Assembly (NCBI GenBank): GCA_024679065.1
Contig: JAGIQG010000010.1
Location: 75,702,001 to 75,766,000 of the forward strand
From: Sphyrna mokarran
Lineage: Eukaryota
Length of the DNA: 64,000 nucleotides
Reading direction: 5' to 3'
In this document: positions 63,931-64,000 of the stretch, one piece after another
Position numbering within the stretch: the first letter of the stretch is position 1
How the letters are laid out: each line of letters begins with the position of its first letter
The notes under the pieces: generated by a model
Database searches by the model: none
What the model saw: only the letters and a program-made list of their open reading frames with translations
What the model was told of the DNA's origin: nothing
Made by a program: the position numbers and the translations under genes

Positions 63931-64000
63931 ATGAGCCTTGGGAGTTCCCTGGGAAGTGTGTAAATTGTCGATGATATTGATGTATTCGTTTTTATCTACA

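Noticed and set aside
43456-64000. LNX2 promoter / exon 1 / CpG island
   Set aside because: No CpG-rich unique stretch; GC-rich patches are MITEs or SINEs, so exon 1 probably lies beyond the window.

Overview
Vertebrate nuclear DNA, almost certainly from a shark/elasmobranch (HE1-type V-SINEs, SacSINE1-like DeuSINEs, CR1 LINEs with (TTCTATG)n tails). The only intact protein-coding content is the 5' part of LNX2 (RING/PDZ E3 ligase, minus strand): the first coding exon (CDS 42938-43338, RING finger) and the next exon (1516-1748, NPAF motif), separated by a 41 kb phase-2 intron. Positions 43456-64000 are probably the upstream intron. Most of the rest is retroelement and DNA-transposon debris (CR1, L2, Rex1/Babar, Tx1, Penelope, Gypsy, hAT, MITEs, SINEs), often nested. 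The main unexpected signal is a decayed, TE-fragmented copy of the nuclear-basket gene TPR on the plus strand, antisense to LNX2 (about 52470 to at least 61670), intronless over its first kb and almost invisible in the ORF track. Also notable: a near-perfect 184-bp inverted repeat (13611-14165), Penelope fold-back inserts centred on hammerhead-ribozyme cores, and two uORFs in the LNX2 5' UTR. All protein comparisons are by eye against sequences recalled from memory, no searches were run, and TE boundaries are approximate.
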